Assembly (NCBI RefSeq): GCF_037652055.1
Contig: NZ_JBBKAH010000001.1
Span: 66,221 to 130,220, forward strand
DNA from: Pelagibius sp. 7325
GTDB lineage: Bacteria; Pseudomonadota; Alphaproteobacteria; Kiloniellales; Kiloniellaceae
DNA: 64,000 nucleotides
Direction: 5' to 3'
Shown here: positions 8,944 through 19,219 of the stretch, one piece after another
Layout: every line of letters begins with the position of its first letter
Numbering within the stretch: position 1 is the first letter of the stretch
Position numbers and translations under genes: made by a program
Notes under the pieces: generated by a model
What the model was told of the DNA's origin: nothing
What the model saw: only the letters and a program-made list of their open reading frames with translations
The model's database searches: none

Positions 8944-9993
8944 ATGTCCATACAGCAGTCCACAGCCGAGGACCGGGCTTCGCAGGAAGCCACGGACTGG
9001 CTTATCCTGCTGCAGGAAGATCCTGACGATTCGGCCCTCCGGCAAAGGTTCGAGGCTTGGCTGGCGCAGAGTCCGGTGCACCGGCACGCCTGGGCGACCA
9101 CCGAGGTTACGGCTGAGGCGATCAAGGCGGCCCCGCCCGCGTTCGCCGATCGTTGGCAGCCCGCCGTCGCAGCCAGGCGGAAAACGGCATACGTCCAAGC
9201 AACGGCTTCGACGGCGCCGGCCTCTGCCCCGTCCGGCCACCGCCCGTTCAAGCATCGTCTGTTTCAGCGCCGCCGGGCAGCCTTGCCCTTCGCCGCACTC
9301 GCGGCGGCAGCCTGCCTCCTGATCGCGATGCTGCCCGATATCCTGATCCTGCAGCAGGCGGACTACCATACCGGTACGGGCGAGTCCCTGACCGTGCAAC
9401 TGGCGGATGGCAGCACGGTCTGGCTGGGGCCCGAGAGCGCCATCGCCGTCGATTACGATGTGGCGTCGCGCGGCATCCGCCTGCTGACAGGAGAAGCGTT
9501 TTTCGACGTGAAAGCGAATGCCGAGCGGCCGTTCCAGGTCGTGGCCGGGCCGGTACGGACGACCGTCGTCGGGACCGCCTTCGACGTCCTACGCGGCGAT
9601 GACTCCGCCAAGGTCGCGGTCGAACGCGGTATCGTGCGGGTCGATCACACCGACAGCGCACCGCCGGTCTCCGAACGGCTGACCGCAGGCCAGACAATCA
9701 GCGTCACCTGGGCCGGCACGGCATCACGCGGCAAAAGCCCGGCCACAGCGGTCGCGAGTTGGCGCCACGGCCAGCTGATCGCCCAGGACCGGCCGATGGG
9801 CGAAGTGATCGACGCCCTGCGCCGCTATTACAGGGGATCGATCATTCTGACCGATGGCAGCCTCGCCGGCCTGCCGGTGACGGGGATCTATAACCTTTCG
9901 GACCCCGAGGAAGCCCTCCGCGCTGTGGCAGAGGCCCACGGCGCCAAGGTTCGACAGATCACCCCCTGGGTCGTTGTGATCCTCTCGTTGTGA
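8944..9993 (+). CDS. fecR: FecR-family anti-sigma factor / transmembrane sensor
   Basis: 349 aa. N-terminal DUF4880-like ATDWLILLQEDPDD, a TM segment (ALPFAALAAAACLLIAML) and a C-terminal FecR domain. Confidence 0.8.
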   Translation: MSIQQSTAEDRASQEATDWLILLQEDPDDSALRQRFEAWLAQSPVHRHAWATTEVTAEAIKAAPPAFADRWQPAVAARRKTAYVQATASTAPASAPSGHRPFKHRLFQRRRAALPFAALAAAACLLIAMLPDILILQQADYHTGTGESLTVQLADGSTVWLGPESAIAVDYDVASRGIRLLTGEAFFDVKANAERPFQVVAGPVRTTVVGTAFDVLRGDDSAKVAVERGIVRVDHTDSAPPVSERLTAGQTISVTWAGTASRGKSPATAVASWRHGQLIAQDRPMGEVIDALRRYYRGSIILTDGSLAGLPVTGIYNLSDPEEALRAVAEAHGAKVRQITPWVVVILSL

Positions 9994-10152
9994 CAAATTA
10001 AGCAACGAACCCAATATCTTACGCCCATTCCGAAAAAATCTTAGAAATCCGCCCGGCGCCAGCGTTGCCTTAGTATGGGCAGCGAATGACACGCATTCGC
10101 ATTAATGTGAAAAGCATCCGCGCGTCATGCCTGCCCCGACGAATCAACCGAG

Positions 10153-12696
10153 GTGGGGAGACTTTTCGTGAAAATGGGGGCCGTGAAGAGAGGTGCAGGG
10201 GCACAGGATGCGGCGAGTCAGGCTGCGGCAAGGTCGAAAGCAGAGCGCCCGCAAAGCGAGGCGGGCCAGCCGACCCCGCAGGCTTGCCGTGCGAACGCCG
10301 CGCAGACGCGGCGGCGGCGCAGACTGCGCCGGGCGGGATTGGCCGGCGCGGTGAGCGTCACCGCCGCGATGATGGCCGCGCCGGCGATCGCGGCGGATCC
10401 CGCTGCGGCGGGCGTCGAGATCGCGCAACTGAGCGAACGCTTCACCTTCAACATCGCGGCGCAGCCGCTGGCCAGCGCTCTTACACAGTTCGGACAGCAG
10501 TCGGGGCTGCAGGTGACCGTCGACGGCGCCATCGTCCGCGACCAGCGCGTGCCCTCCGTCGCCGGCACCATGACCGCCGAGCAGGCCTTACGCCAACTGC
10601 TGACGGGCAGCGGACTGACGTATCGCCTGTCCGGCAACACCACGGTCGCCATTCAGAAGGCCGCCGCCGATGACGGTGCGGTCATGCTGGACCCGATCGT
10701 CGTGGAGACCCAGGTCGAATCAGCCTACGGGCCGGTTGACGGATATCGGGCCACCCGCTCCGCAACCGGCACGAAGATGAACACGGCGATCATGGACACG
10801 CCGGCATCGGTCCAGGTCGTGCCGCGGCAGGTCCTGGAAGACCAAAAGGCGATCCGCCTGGCCGACGCCTTGCGCAACGTCAGCAGCGTGCACAGCAGCG
10901 GCACCACCGGAAACCGAAGCGAGAACTTCATCGTACGTGGCCTGCCCTCCAGCCGAATCGCCACCGACGGCTTCCTGAGCGCCGCCACCTTCGGCGATGT
11001 CGGCTTTCTCAACACGGGCAACATCGAACGCGTCGAAGTGCTGAAAGGCCCCGCGAGCGTGCTCTACGGGGCGGCCGATCCGGGCGGCCTGATCAACATC
11101 GTCACCAAGAAGCCGGAAGAAGACGCGTTCTATACCTTCAGCGGCACCTACGGCAGCTATGACCTGTACCGCGGCGACATCGACTTCAACGTCCCGCTGA
11201 CGGAGGACGGCACGGTACTGTCACGGCTCAACGCGTCATATCAGAATGCGGACAGCTTCCGGAACTACTTCACGCGTGCCGAACGCTTCAGCATCGCCCC
11301 GTCGCTGACGTGGATGCCGAATGACCGCACCACGGTCGAGTTCAAAGCGGAATACTTTGAGCAAGAGCATCAGTACGACCGCGGGCTGGTCGTCGTCGAC
11401 GGTGATCCGCTGGCACTGCCCATAGACCGCTACCTGGGCGAGCCGGGCGACCGGGCCAAAGCGGATGAACTGCGTGTCCAGGCAGGCATCGAGCACGCCT
11501 TGTCGGACGACTGGACGGTCCGCCTGCGGGCACGCACCACCGACTCAAACTCGAACCCGCAGGACACCTATCCCCTGGGCCTTCAGGTCGACGGCCGGAC
11601 TCTGGACCGCCAATTCTACGTATTCGATCAGCACTTCCAAACCTATGCCGCCGAAGCCGGATTGGAAGGCAAACTGACGACGGCGGACGTCGAACACCAT
11701 CTGCTTTTCGGCCTGGATACCCAGCTCACCCGCTTCCATTCCCAGAACTTCACCGCGACGGCGACGAGCATCGACATCTTCGACCCCGTCTATGGCGGCG
11801 ACATCGGGCCGCTCACCAGCCTGGGTCAGCAGCAGCGCAACATCGATCTCTACGGCGGCTATCTGCAGGACATCGTCTCCATCGGCGAGCAGTGGAAGGT
11901 ATTGGTCGGCGGGCGTTTCGATATCGCCAAGACCCAGTACCAGCGGGGAGAGACCTGGGTCACCGACAAGGTGGACACTCAATTCTCACCGCGTATCGGC
12001 GTGGTCTATCAGCCCATCGAGACCGTGAGCCTTTACGCCAGCTACTCCGAATCCTTTATTCCGCTGCTGAGCGGCCAGAGCGTCGGGGACGAACCCTTGG
12101 AACCGGAGACGGGTACCCAGGTCGAGATCGGCATAAAACACACGGCCTTCGACGAGCGGCTTTCGACGACCTTCGCGCTGTTCCAGCTGACCCGTGAGAA
12201 CGTATCGACGAGTGACCTCGCCAATCCCGGATTCAGCATTCAGATCGGCGAGCAACGCTCCCGAGGCGCCGAATTGGAAGTCGCCGGCGAGGTGCTGCCC
12301 GGCTGGCAGGTGATCGGTTCGCTGTCCTACCTCGATTCCGAGGTCACCAAGGACAATACGTTCTCCGAAGGAAACCGTTTGCCCAACGTGCCGGAATGGA
12401 GCGGCAGCATCTGGAGCACCTACGCCTTGCAGGATCCCACCTTCGAAGGACTGGAACTGGGTGCCGGCGTCTTCGTCGTCGGCAAACGTGAAGGAGACCT
12501 GAACAACAGCTTCACTGTGCCGGGCTATGCCCGCGTCGACCTGATGGCCCGCTACGAGCTGGTAGAGGACGTCGATCTGTCGGTGAACATCTACAATCTG
12601 TTCGACACCGAATACGTCGAGGCATCCGCCAGTGCCCGGGAAATCTATACCGGAGCGCCATTGACGGCTTTGGCAACCCTCTCCGTCCGGTTCTGA
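10153..12696 (+). CDS. TonB-dependent siderophore receptor with N-terminal STN signalling domain (FecA-like)
   Basis: Twin-Arg signal region. The STN domain is FNIAAQPLASALTQFGQQSGLQVTVD. Plug and barrel follow, with a terminal LSVRF aromatic residue. The true start is probably an internal GTG/ATG near 10.28 kb. Confidence 0.85.
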   Translation: MGRLFVKMGAVKRGAGAQDAASQAAARSKAERPQSEAGQPTPQACRANAAQTRRRRRLRRAGLAGAVSVTAAMMAAPAIAADPAAAGVEIAQLSERFTFNIAAQPLASALTQFGQQSGLQVTVDGAIVRDQRVPSVAGTMTAEQALRQLLTGSGLTYRLSGNTTVAIQKAAADDGAVMLDPIVVETQVESAYGPVDGYRATRSATGTKMNTAIMDTPASVQVVPRQVLEDQKAIRLADALRNVSSVHSSGTTGNRSENFIVRGLPSSRIATDGFLSAATFGDVGFLNTGNIERVEVLKGPASVLYGAADPGGLINIVTKKPEEDAFYTFSGTYGSYDLYRGDIDFNVPLTEDGTVLSRLNASYQNADSFRNYFTRAERFSIAPSLTWMPNDRTTVEFKAEYFEQEHQYDRGLVVVDGDPLALPIDRYLGEPGDRAKADELRVQAGIEHALSDDWTVRLRARTTDSNSNPQDTYPLGLQVDGRTLDRQFYVFDQHFQTYAAEAGLEGKLTTADVEHHLLFGLDTQLTRFHSQNFTATATSIDIFDPVYGGDIGPLTSLGQQQRNIDLYGGYLQDIVSIGEQWKVLVGGRFDIAKTQYQRGETWVTDKVDTQFSPRIGVVYQPIETVSLYASYSESFIPLLSGQSVGDEPLEPETGTQVEIGIKHTAFDERLSTTFALFQLTRENVSTSDLANPGFSIQIGEQRSRGAELEVAGEVLPGWQVIGSLSYLDSEVTKDNTFSEGNRLPNVPEWSGSIWSTYALQDPTFEGLELGAGVFVVGKREGDLNNSFTVPGYARVDLMARYELVEDVDLSVNIYNLFDTEYVEASASAREIYTGAPLTALATLSVRF

Positions 12697-12720
12697 CCCC
12701 ATGAGGTCTGCCTGCCCGCG

Positions 12721-13008
12721 ATGACCGCCAAGACCGAAGGCGCCGCCATGGCCCTGCGCATAGCCGTCGGTATTGTCGGCGGCTATGCCCTGGCCTGCGC
12801 GGTGGCCATCTGGATTTCCTATGTCCTGCCCCTGGCCCGGGCCGATGCGGTCCTGACCGGTCAGCTCATCAGCTTCATCGTCTACGCCGGTGCCGTGCTG
12901 TGGGTCTTCGCCGTGCGCAGCGCGCTGCGCGCCACCGTCGGCATTTCGCTGGCGATCCTGGCGTTCAGCGCCCTCGCATGGCTCTGCGCCCCCGCGATCT
13001 CAGCGTGA
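12721..13008 (+). CDS. DUF3649-family small membrane protein
   Basis: 95-aa double-TM protein that conventionally follows TonB receptors and precedes PepSY-TM proteins. Confidence 0.55.
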   Translation: MTAKTEGAAMALRIAVGIVGGYALACAVAIWISYVLPLARADAVLTGQLISFIVYAGAVLWVFAVRSALRATVGISLAILAFSALAWLCAPAISA

Positions 13009-13021
13009 AGGAGGCCGCATC

Positions 13022-14572
13022 ATGAAGGGTGCGTTCCGCCCGTCGATGAGCTGGCTGCACACCTGGGCCGGTCTCGTTGTCGGCTGGGTACTGTTCTTCA
13101 TCTTCCTGACGGGGACCGCCGGCTACTTCGATGCCGAAATCGATCGCTGGATGCAGCCGGAGCGCCCGCTGATCGAGCAGAAGGCAAGCGCCCCCCAGGA
13201 GGCCGACGGCGCGCGCCGCTTCCTGGAACGCCAGGCAGGGAATGCCGAACGCTGGCTCATCGTTCTGTCCGGCGACCGGCTGCCCGACGTCAGGCTGTTC
13301 TGGCGCAACCCGCCGACGGCGGCCGGCGCCGCCGCGGGAGAAGAATACCTGGAGCCGGCCACCGGCAATCCCGTTTCCTACCGCAAAACCGGCGGCGGCC
13401 AGTTGCTGTACAAGATGCACTACCGCCTGCACTACCTGCCCGAGGTAGCCGCCTACTGGCTGGTCGGGCTCTGCACCATGGCGATGCTGGTCGGTATCGT
13501 AACCGGCGTGATCGTTCACAAGAGGATCTTTCGCGACTTCTTCACGCTGCGCCTCGCCAAAGGGCAGCGGTCCTGGCTGGATGCGCACAACGGGCTCAGC
13601 GTCCTCGCCCTGCCTTTTCATCTGATGATCACCTATTCCGGGCTGATGTTCCTAGTCAGTTTCTACATGGCCCCGGTTGTTGTCGCGTCCTACGGACTGG
13701 AGGGCGCCGGCCGGGGCGTTTACTTCGACGAACTGTTCGAACGGGGCACAGGCGTAGCGCGCAGCGGCGAGGCCGCGCCGCTGGCGCCCTTGGGGCCCAT
13801 GGTCGCTGAAGCGGAACACCGCATGGGCGTCGGCGCGGTCTCCTTCATCGATGTCAGCCATCCCGGCGACACCAACGCGCGGGTGGCGGTTACCGGTGGC
13901 GCGCCGCACCCCACGCGCCGGGACCAGCGTTTGCTGTTCGACGGTGTGAGCGGCAGGCTGCTCTCCGAGTCCGGGCCGCGCAGCGCGCCGCTCGTCGTGT
14001 TCGAAAGCCTGCTGGGGCTGCACGAGGGGCTGTTTGCAGGCCCCGTGCTGCGCTGGCTGTATTTTCTCTCAGGCGCCATGGGCACGGCGATGATCGCCGC
14101 CGGGCTGATCCTCTGGACAGTGAAGCGGCGCGCAAGAGCCGGCGATACGACAGGCTTTCGCCTGGTCGAGTGCCTGAACATCGGCACCCTCGCCGGGCTG
14201 CCGATCGCCCTTGCCGCCTACTTCTGGGCCAACCGCCTGATTCCCGTCGGGATCGATGACCGTGCCGCCTGGGAAGGGCACAGTTTGTTCCTCACCTGGG
14301 CCGTGCTGCTGATCCATCCCTTCCTGCGCCCGGCGGCGCGCGCCTGGCGCGAGCAACTGTGGCTCGCCGCCGCGGCCTTTGCCCTGTTGCCGGCGGTGAA
14401 CGCGCTGACGACCGCGCGCCACCTGGGAATCACCCTGCCAGCCGGAATATGGGATCTGGCGGGCATCGACCTGGCCTTCCTGACGACCGGCCTGGCCTTC
14501 GCCGCCGCCGCGCTGGCGGTGACACCGCACACAGGCTCCGCCAGGGCGCCGCGCCGGAGACCGGCCGAATGA
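13022..14572 (+). CDS. PepSY-associated TM helix protein (PiuB-like siderophore-interacting membrane protein)
   Basis: Starts MKGAFRPSMSWLHTWAGLVVGW after a GAAGGAGG RBS. Multiple TM helices, with conserved His residues in the TM segments. Confidence 0.8.
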   Translation: MKGAFRPSMSWLHTWAGLVVGWVLFFIFLTGTAGYFDAEIDRWMQPERPLIEQKASAPQEADGARRFLERQAGNAERWLIVLSGDRLPDVRLFWRNPPTAAGAAAGEEYLEPATGNPVSYRKTGGGQLLYKMHYRLHYLPEVAAYWLVGLCTMAMLVGIVTGVIVHKRIFRDFFTLRLAKGQRSWLDAHNGLSVLALPFHLMITYSGLMFLVSFYMAPVVVASYGLEGAGRGVYFDELFERGTGVARSGEAAPLAPLGPMVAEAEHRMGVGAVSFIDVSHPGDTNARVAVTGGAPHPTRRDQRLLFDGVSGRLLSESGPRSAPLVVFESLLGLHEGLFAGPVLRWLYFLSGAMGTAMIAAGLILWTVKRRARAGDTTGFRLVECLNIGTLAGLPIALAAYFWANRLIPVGIDDRAAWEGHSLFLTWAVLLIHPFLRPAARAWREQLWLAAAAFALLPAVNALTTARHLGITLPAGIWDLAGIDLAFLTTGLAFAAAALAVTPHTGSARAPRRRPAE

Positions 14573-14886
14573 CGGCATTGTCCCTGCTGCTTGCCTACGG
14601 GGGATTCGCCGGCCTTGCCCTGGCCCAGGAGCGGCACGCCCGTCAGGCCTTGCAGCGCACCCTGTCGAACCGCCTGCAGCAGTGGTTCCGCATGAGCGGG
14701 GCGCTCTGCCTGTCCGCTGCATTGATCGCCTGCATCACAGCGGCCGGCACCGCCAGCGGCATCGTCCTGTGGTGTGGCGTCCTCTCGGCTGCCGCGGTGG
14801 CACTGCTGCTGATGCTGTGCCTTGCGCCGCGCTGGTTCTTCATGCCGCCCTTGCTGCTGATCCCCTTTGCCTTCTCCGTGACATGA
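14568..14886 (+). CDS. DUF3325-family membrane protein
   Basis: MTALSLLLAYGGFAGLALAQERHARQALQ... Its ATG overlaps the PepSY stop in an ATGA junction. Usual partner of PepSY-TM proteins. Confidence 0.55.
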
Positions 14887-14924
14887 AACCGCCGGAGCCT
14901 GGCGAGAGGCCAAGGGACTAGACC

Positions 14925-16823
14925 TCACCCGCCCTTCGGATAGCCGATCTCGGCCAGGGTCGCCTTGATCTCGTCGAGGATCTGGGGGTCGTCGATGGTG
15001 GCGGGGACCTTCACCTCGGTGCCGTCGGCGAGCTGGCGCATGGTGGCGCGCAGGATCTTGCCGGAGCGGGTCTTGGGCAGGCGCTTGACCACCGCCGCCG
15101 ACTTGAAGGCCGCCACCGGGCCGATGCGGTCGCGCACCATCTGCACGACCTCCTTCGCCACGTCGGCGGGCGAGTCGGTGGCGCCGGCCTTCAGCACCAC
15201 GAAGCCGACGGGGAGTTGCCCTTTCAGCCTGTCGGCGACGCCGATGACGGCGCACTCGGCGACGTCGGGATGCGCGGCCAGCACCTCCTCCATCGCGCCG
15301 GTGGAGAGCCGGTGGCCGGCAACGTTGATGATGTCGTCGGTGCGCGCCATGACGTGGACGTAGCCGTCCGCGTCGATGATGCCGGCATCGCCGGTCTCGT
15401 AGTACCCGGGGAAATGCCTCAGGTAGGAATCGTGGTAGCGCTGCTTGGCGTTCCACAGCGTCGGGAAGCAGCCCGGCGGCATCGGCAGCTTGCCGACCAG
15501 CGCGCCGATGGTGCCGGGCGGCACCTCCTTGCCGTCGGCGTCCAGCACGCGCAGGTCCCAGCCAGGCACCGGCCTGGTTGGCGAGCCGGGCTTGACGGCC
15601 AAGTGTTCGATGCCCATGCAGTTGGCGGCGATCGACCAGCCGGTCTCGGTCTGCCACCAGTGGTCGATGACCGGCACCTTCAGCTGATCCTGCGCCCACT
15701 CCAGGGTGTCGGGGTCGCAGCGCTCGCCCGCCAGGAAGAGGACGCGGAACTTGGAAAGGTCGTAGTCGCCGATCAGCTTGCCGTCGGGGTCCTGCTGGCG
15801 GATGGCGCGAAACGCCGTCGGCGCGGTGAAGAGGCTGACCGCCCCGTGCTGCTGGATGACGCGCCAGAAGGCGCCGGCGTCCGGCGTGCCGACCGGCTTG
15901 CCCTCGTAGACCACCGTCGTCGCGCCGTGCAGCAGCGGGCCGTAGCAGATGTAGGAGTGGCCGACCACCCAGCCGACGTCGGAGGCCGACCACCAGACCT
16001 CGCCCGGGTCGATGTTGTAGATGTTCTTCATCGACCACTTCAGCGCCACCGCGTGGCCGCCGTTGTCGCGCACGATGCCCTTGGGCTGGCCCGTGGTGCC
16101 GGAGGTGTAGAGGATGTAGAGGGGATCGGTCGCGGCGACCGGCACGCACTCCTGCGGCGCGGCGGCGGCGACGGTCTCGGCCCAGTCGTGGTCGCGCCCG
16201 GCCTGCATCTCCGCGTGCGCCTGCGGACGCTGCAGGATGAGGCAGAACTCCGGCTTGTGGATCGCCATCTGGATCGCCGCGTCCAGCAGCGGCTTGTAAG
16301 GCACCACCCGCGTCGGCTCGATGCCGCAGGAGGCCGAGAGGATGGCCTTGGGCCGCGCGTCGTCGATGCGCGTCGCCAGCTCGTTGGCGGCGAAACCGCC
16401 GAACACCACCGAGTGCACCGCCCCCAGCCGCGCGCAGGCCAGCATGGCGATCAGCGCCTCCGGCACCATCGGCATGTAGATGATGACGCGGTCGCCCTTG
16501 GCCACGCCGCGCGCCGCCAGCGCGCCGGCACAGCGCGCCACCTGGTCCTGCAGCTGGCGGTAGGTGAGATGCGAGACGGTGTCGGTGACCGGGGAGTCGT
16601 AGATGATCGCCGCCTGCTCGCCGCGCCCGTCCTTCACATGACGGTCGACCGCGTTGTAGCAGGTGTTCAGGGTGCCGCCGGCAAACCAGCGGTAATAGGG
16701 CGGATCGGAATCGTCGAGGACCTTGTCCCACTTCTCGATCCAGTGAATGTCCTCCGCCGCCTTGCCCCAGAACCCCGCCGGGTCCCGCATCGCGGATTTG
16801 TAGACGTCGTCGAAACGCCCCAT
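14925..16823 (-). CDS. prpE: propionate--CoA ligase / acetyl-CoA synthetase family (PrpE-like)
   Basis: Starts MGRFDDVYKSAMRDPAGFWGKAAEDIHWIEKWDKVLDD. AMP-binding motifs YTSGTTGQPKG and core Acs-like blocks. 632 aa. Confidence 0.8.
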   Translation of the reverse strand: MGRFDDVYKSAMRDPAGFWGKAAEDIHWIEKWDKVLDDSDPPYYRWFAGGTLNTCYNAVDRHVKDGRGEQAAIIYDSPVTDTVSHLTYRQLQDQVARCAGALAARGVAKGDRVIIYMPMVPEALIAMLACARLGAVHSVVFGGFAANELATRIDDARPKAILSASCGIEPTRVVPYKPLLDAAIQMAIHKPEFCLILQRPQAHAEMQAGRDHDWAETVAAAAPQECVPVAATDPLYILYTSGTTGQPKGIVRDNGGHAVALKWSMKNIYNIDPGEVWWSASDVGWVVGHSYICYGPLLHGATTVVYEGKPVGTPDAGAFWRVIQQHGAVSLFTAPTAFRAIRQQDPDGKLIGDYDLSKFRVLFLAGERCDPDTLEWAQDQLKVPVIDHWWQTETGWSIAANCMGIEHLAVKPGSPTRPVPGWDLRVLDADGKEVPPGTIGALVGKLPMPPGCFPTLWNAKQRYHDSYLRHFPGYYETGDAGIIDADGYVHVMARTDDIINVAGHRLSTGAMEEVLAAHPDVAECAVIGVADRLKGQLPVGFVVLKAGATDSPADVAKEVVQMVRDRIGPVAAFKSAAVVKRLPKTRSGKILRATMRQLADGTEVKVPATIDDPQILDEIKATLAEIGYPKGG

Positions 16824-16949
16824 GGTCACATCGCTCCCATTTGTGGGCCCTGGACCGAGCCCTTGTTCTTTCGTGGCCGTGCCCGCCCCGGCCTTCACCC
16901 TGAGGAGAGGCCCCAAAGGGGAGCCTCATCCTGAGCCCCCAAAAAGGAG

Positions 16950-16991
16950 CCTCATCCTGAGGAGCGCCGGAACGGCGCGTCTCGAAGGACG
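16950..16991. repeat. half-copy of family-A repeat (cctcatcctgaggag-N-cgtctcgaagg), left boundary of island 1
   Basis: cctcatcctgaggagcgccggaacggcgcgtctcgaaggacg. It is the reverse complement of 21062-21104, and the same arms form complete palindromic units at 40421-40525 and 42695-42797. Confidence 0.7.
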
Positions 16992-17272
16992 AGGCAGCCG
17001 GGCTGCGCCCGGCTTCAACGTCGCGGGGGCCGCCCGCCCCCGCACCCCCGGATTTGCTTTCATTTCCGGGGGTTAGCGGTTCCAGGCAGCCAAAAGCCTT
17101 GACCCGAGAATACGTCCGAGAGCAGGCGAAAAAAAGCCTAGCGACGGAGGGGGAAGAAGGCGTTGAGATGGATCAAGGGGGTATGTTTCTACGCCGCGTC
17201 AAACTGGCCTTGGCGAGTTCAATCGACCCCGCCCATAAGCCTTTGTGGCTGTTTCAGATTCGGCGAAGCGCC

Positions 17273-19219
17273 CTACGCATACCAACTTGGTGGAACTAGG
17301 AATCTACCGCGTCTCCATTCCTCAACTATCGCACGCTCAAACCAGTCCTCATTCAAATGCGCATGATCCAACACAATCAACTGCAATCCGTTGATGACTT
17401 GACACTCGCGATGCATTAGCTCGAACAATGCATGTACAGCATGTCGATCTTTGTCCTCCAAAGGATCTAAGCTTCCTTCTTGGTCACGCTCCGCTGGATA
17501 ATGAGCTTGCGATGGCTGATCGAAAATGAGAACCCCAGGAACTGGTCGATCCCGCTTCCGAAACCACCAATGCAATGCAAGGTACGTCAACACGTGATAG
17601 CCAACCCAATTTTCACCACTACCCATTCGATTGAGTGGAATTGGACCATCATCGGTATCAGCGACGACTGTCAATTTCTTAAGATCAAGCCGCAGCGCAC
17701 TACCACTGTGCTCCAAATCCAACGCCTCAGCATAGATTGACATTTGCTTGCTGATTAAGTTGAGGTAGGTGTCTGTTTTCTGCGCAATTTCATCGATATC
17801 AACAGCCGCTTCAAGAGCTTGCACCCTACGCTTAGCTGCTTCAATCTGGGGCACTAGGTCTACGGCAACATCAGGTGGTCGGATGCCGTCTATAAATGCT
17901 CCGATACGACCCACCACCCGCGCGCGTTCCAATAGAATATCCTGCTGGGCTCTTGCCCGCTCATCTTCAGCAATTGCTCTCGCCAAAGAAGCCTGCGTTT
18001 CCACTAGCGATTTCTCTAATGCGTCGCGCTTACTCGTGAGCTGCTCAAGATGCCTTTGCAGGTGAGGCTGCTCCAGCTCTACCGATTCCAATTGCCTTGT
18101 CACATCAGAAAGCGCCGCTTCGATCTGTATTGATGCTGGCGTTGGAACAGCTAGTTCAGACTCGCAAACGGGACAAGCATGCCCTAAGTCTGCCCCAGAC
18201 TTGAACAAGCCAATCGCGCTAAGCCTAGCGCGCTGCTCGCTGCGTTCGCGAGAGTATGCGCTCTGCTCAGACATCAAGAGTCGCGCTGCTCGCAATTCTT
18301 CCGACGTCTGCTCGAGGGCCTCGCGCAAAGTCCCCTGCTCTTCGCGCAACCGATTAATAGTGGTGCCGAAGTCTGGAAGCGAGACGTTAGTTGCCAAATC
18401 GACCTGACTTGCCGCGCTTAGGACTTGCAGAGTGTCATCAACTACGACCGGCTCAAACTCCTGAGGAACGATATTGACACGCTTGCCGTCATTGATCAGC
18501 CGACGGAGCCTAACCAAGTCAACAACCTGCCGTTCTTCCTGCAGAGATGCCCGCTGCTGCAACTCCGCCAATAACTCCCTAGCCATATCGAGTTCATGCT
18601 GCCGAAGGAAGTGTTGATCATCGACCGCTCCAAGAAAGTATGGCAGGGTATCCTTAATGGCTTGCGGGATAAATTGCTCACCTTGTCGATGGAAGAGTCG
18701 TTCTCGATTATCTATTTCGTCCTGCTTCTGAAAACATAAAAAAAGAGCGTGTCGGATAGTTGCTTGCAGCGGCAAACGAGTGCCGCTTTGGGGGCGATGT
18801 TCATTTTCCGTTATGCCAACGAACCGTGTCAGCATTCGGACAATTTCACCCTCAACCACATTCGATTTGAGTTCGTCGAACACCGGCGGAGCTTCAAAGG
18901 CACCTCTTCGAATGTAAATTTCGCCACCACGATCGGTGCCGGGCCCCGGATTCTTCCGAGCAATAAACAGAACATCCTCACCCTTAACAACCTCAAGACC
19001 GAACCACGACACATAGCGCCGAACAATACCCTCAGCAACGTGACAATGACTGCGACCTAGACAGTAGTCGATAATATCAATAATTGCCGACTTTCCCGTC
19101 TTCGACTCCCCCGTAATGACGTTCAACCCCTCCATCTTAAACGGGAGGGTCCTTTGTTCCCCTTGGTGCGAGTACAGAACTATCGACTTGATTCTCATGC
19201 TCACGGTTTTATACCCCAA
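17273..19219 (-). CDS. SMC/Rad50-like P-loop ABC ATPase with coiled-coil and CxxC hook; candidate ABC-three-component (ABC-3C) system ATPase
   Basis: 648 aa. N-terminal strand plus Walker A (LNVITGESKTGKSAIIDIIDYCLG). Long heptad-rich middle with CPVCESEL. C-terminal LIFDQPSQ (Walker B/D-loop-like, DUF3732-like tail). Low GC. Confidence 0.7.
   Translation of the reverse strand: MGYKTVSMRIKSIVLYSHQGEQRTLPFKMEGLNVITGESKTGKSAIIDIIDYCLGRSHCHVAEGIVRRYVSWFGLEVVKGEDVLFIARKNPGPGTDRGGEIYIRRGAFEAPPVFDELKSNVVEGEIVRMLTRFVGITENEHRPQSGTRLPLQATIRHALFLCFQKQDEIDNRERLFHRQGEQFIPQAIKDTLPYFLGAVDDQHFLRQHELDMARELLAELQQRASLQEERQVVDLVRLRRLINDGKRVNIVPQEFEPVVVDDTLQVLSAASQVDLATNVSLPDFGTTINRLREEQGTLREALEQTSEELRAARLLMSEQSAYSRERSEQRARLSAIGLFKSGADLGHACPVCESELAVPTPASIQIEAALSDVTRQLESVELEQPHLQRHLEQLTSKRDALEKSLVETQASLARAIAEDERARAQQDILLERARVVGRIGAFIDGIRPPDVAVDLVPQIEAAKRRVQALEAAVDIDEIAQKTDTYLNLISKQMSIYAEALDLEHSGSALRLDLKKLTVVADTDDGPIPLNRMGSGENWVGYHVLTYLALHWWFRKRDRPVPGVLIFDQPSQAHYPAERDQEGSLDPLEDKDRHAVHALFELMHRECQVINGLQLIVLDHAHLNEDWFERAIVEEWRRGRFLVPPSWYA

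Noticed and set aside
14218-16929. 903-aa minus-strand ORF
   Set aside because: A different frame of the prpE-like gene region extending into the PepSY gene. R/G-rich and without ligase motifs. The 632-aa frame with AMP-binding motifs is the real gene.
16991-17050. GC-rich hairpins (agccgggc-tgc-gcccggct; cccccgg-N13-ccggggg) downstream of the island ATPase gene
   Set aside because: Stable stems, but neither is followed by a U-tract on either strand, so they were not called as intrinsic terminators. They may simply be part of the repeat-rich junction.
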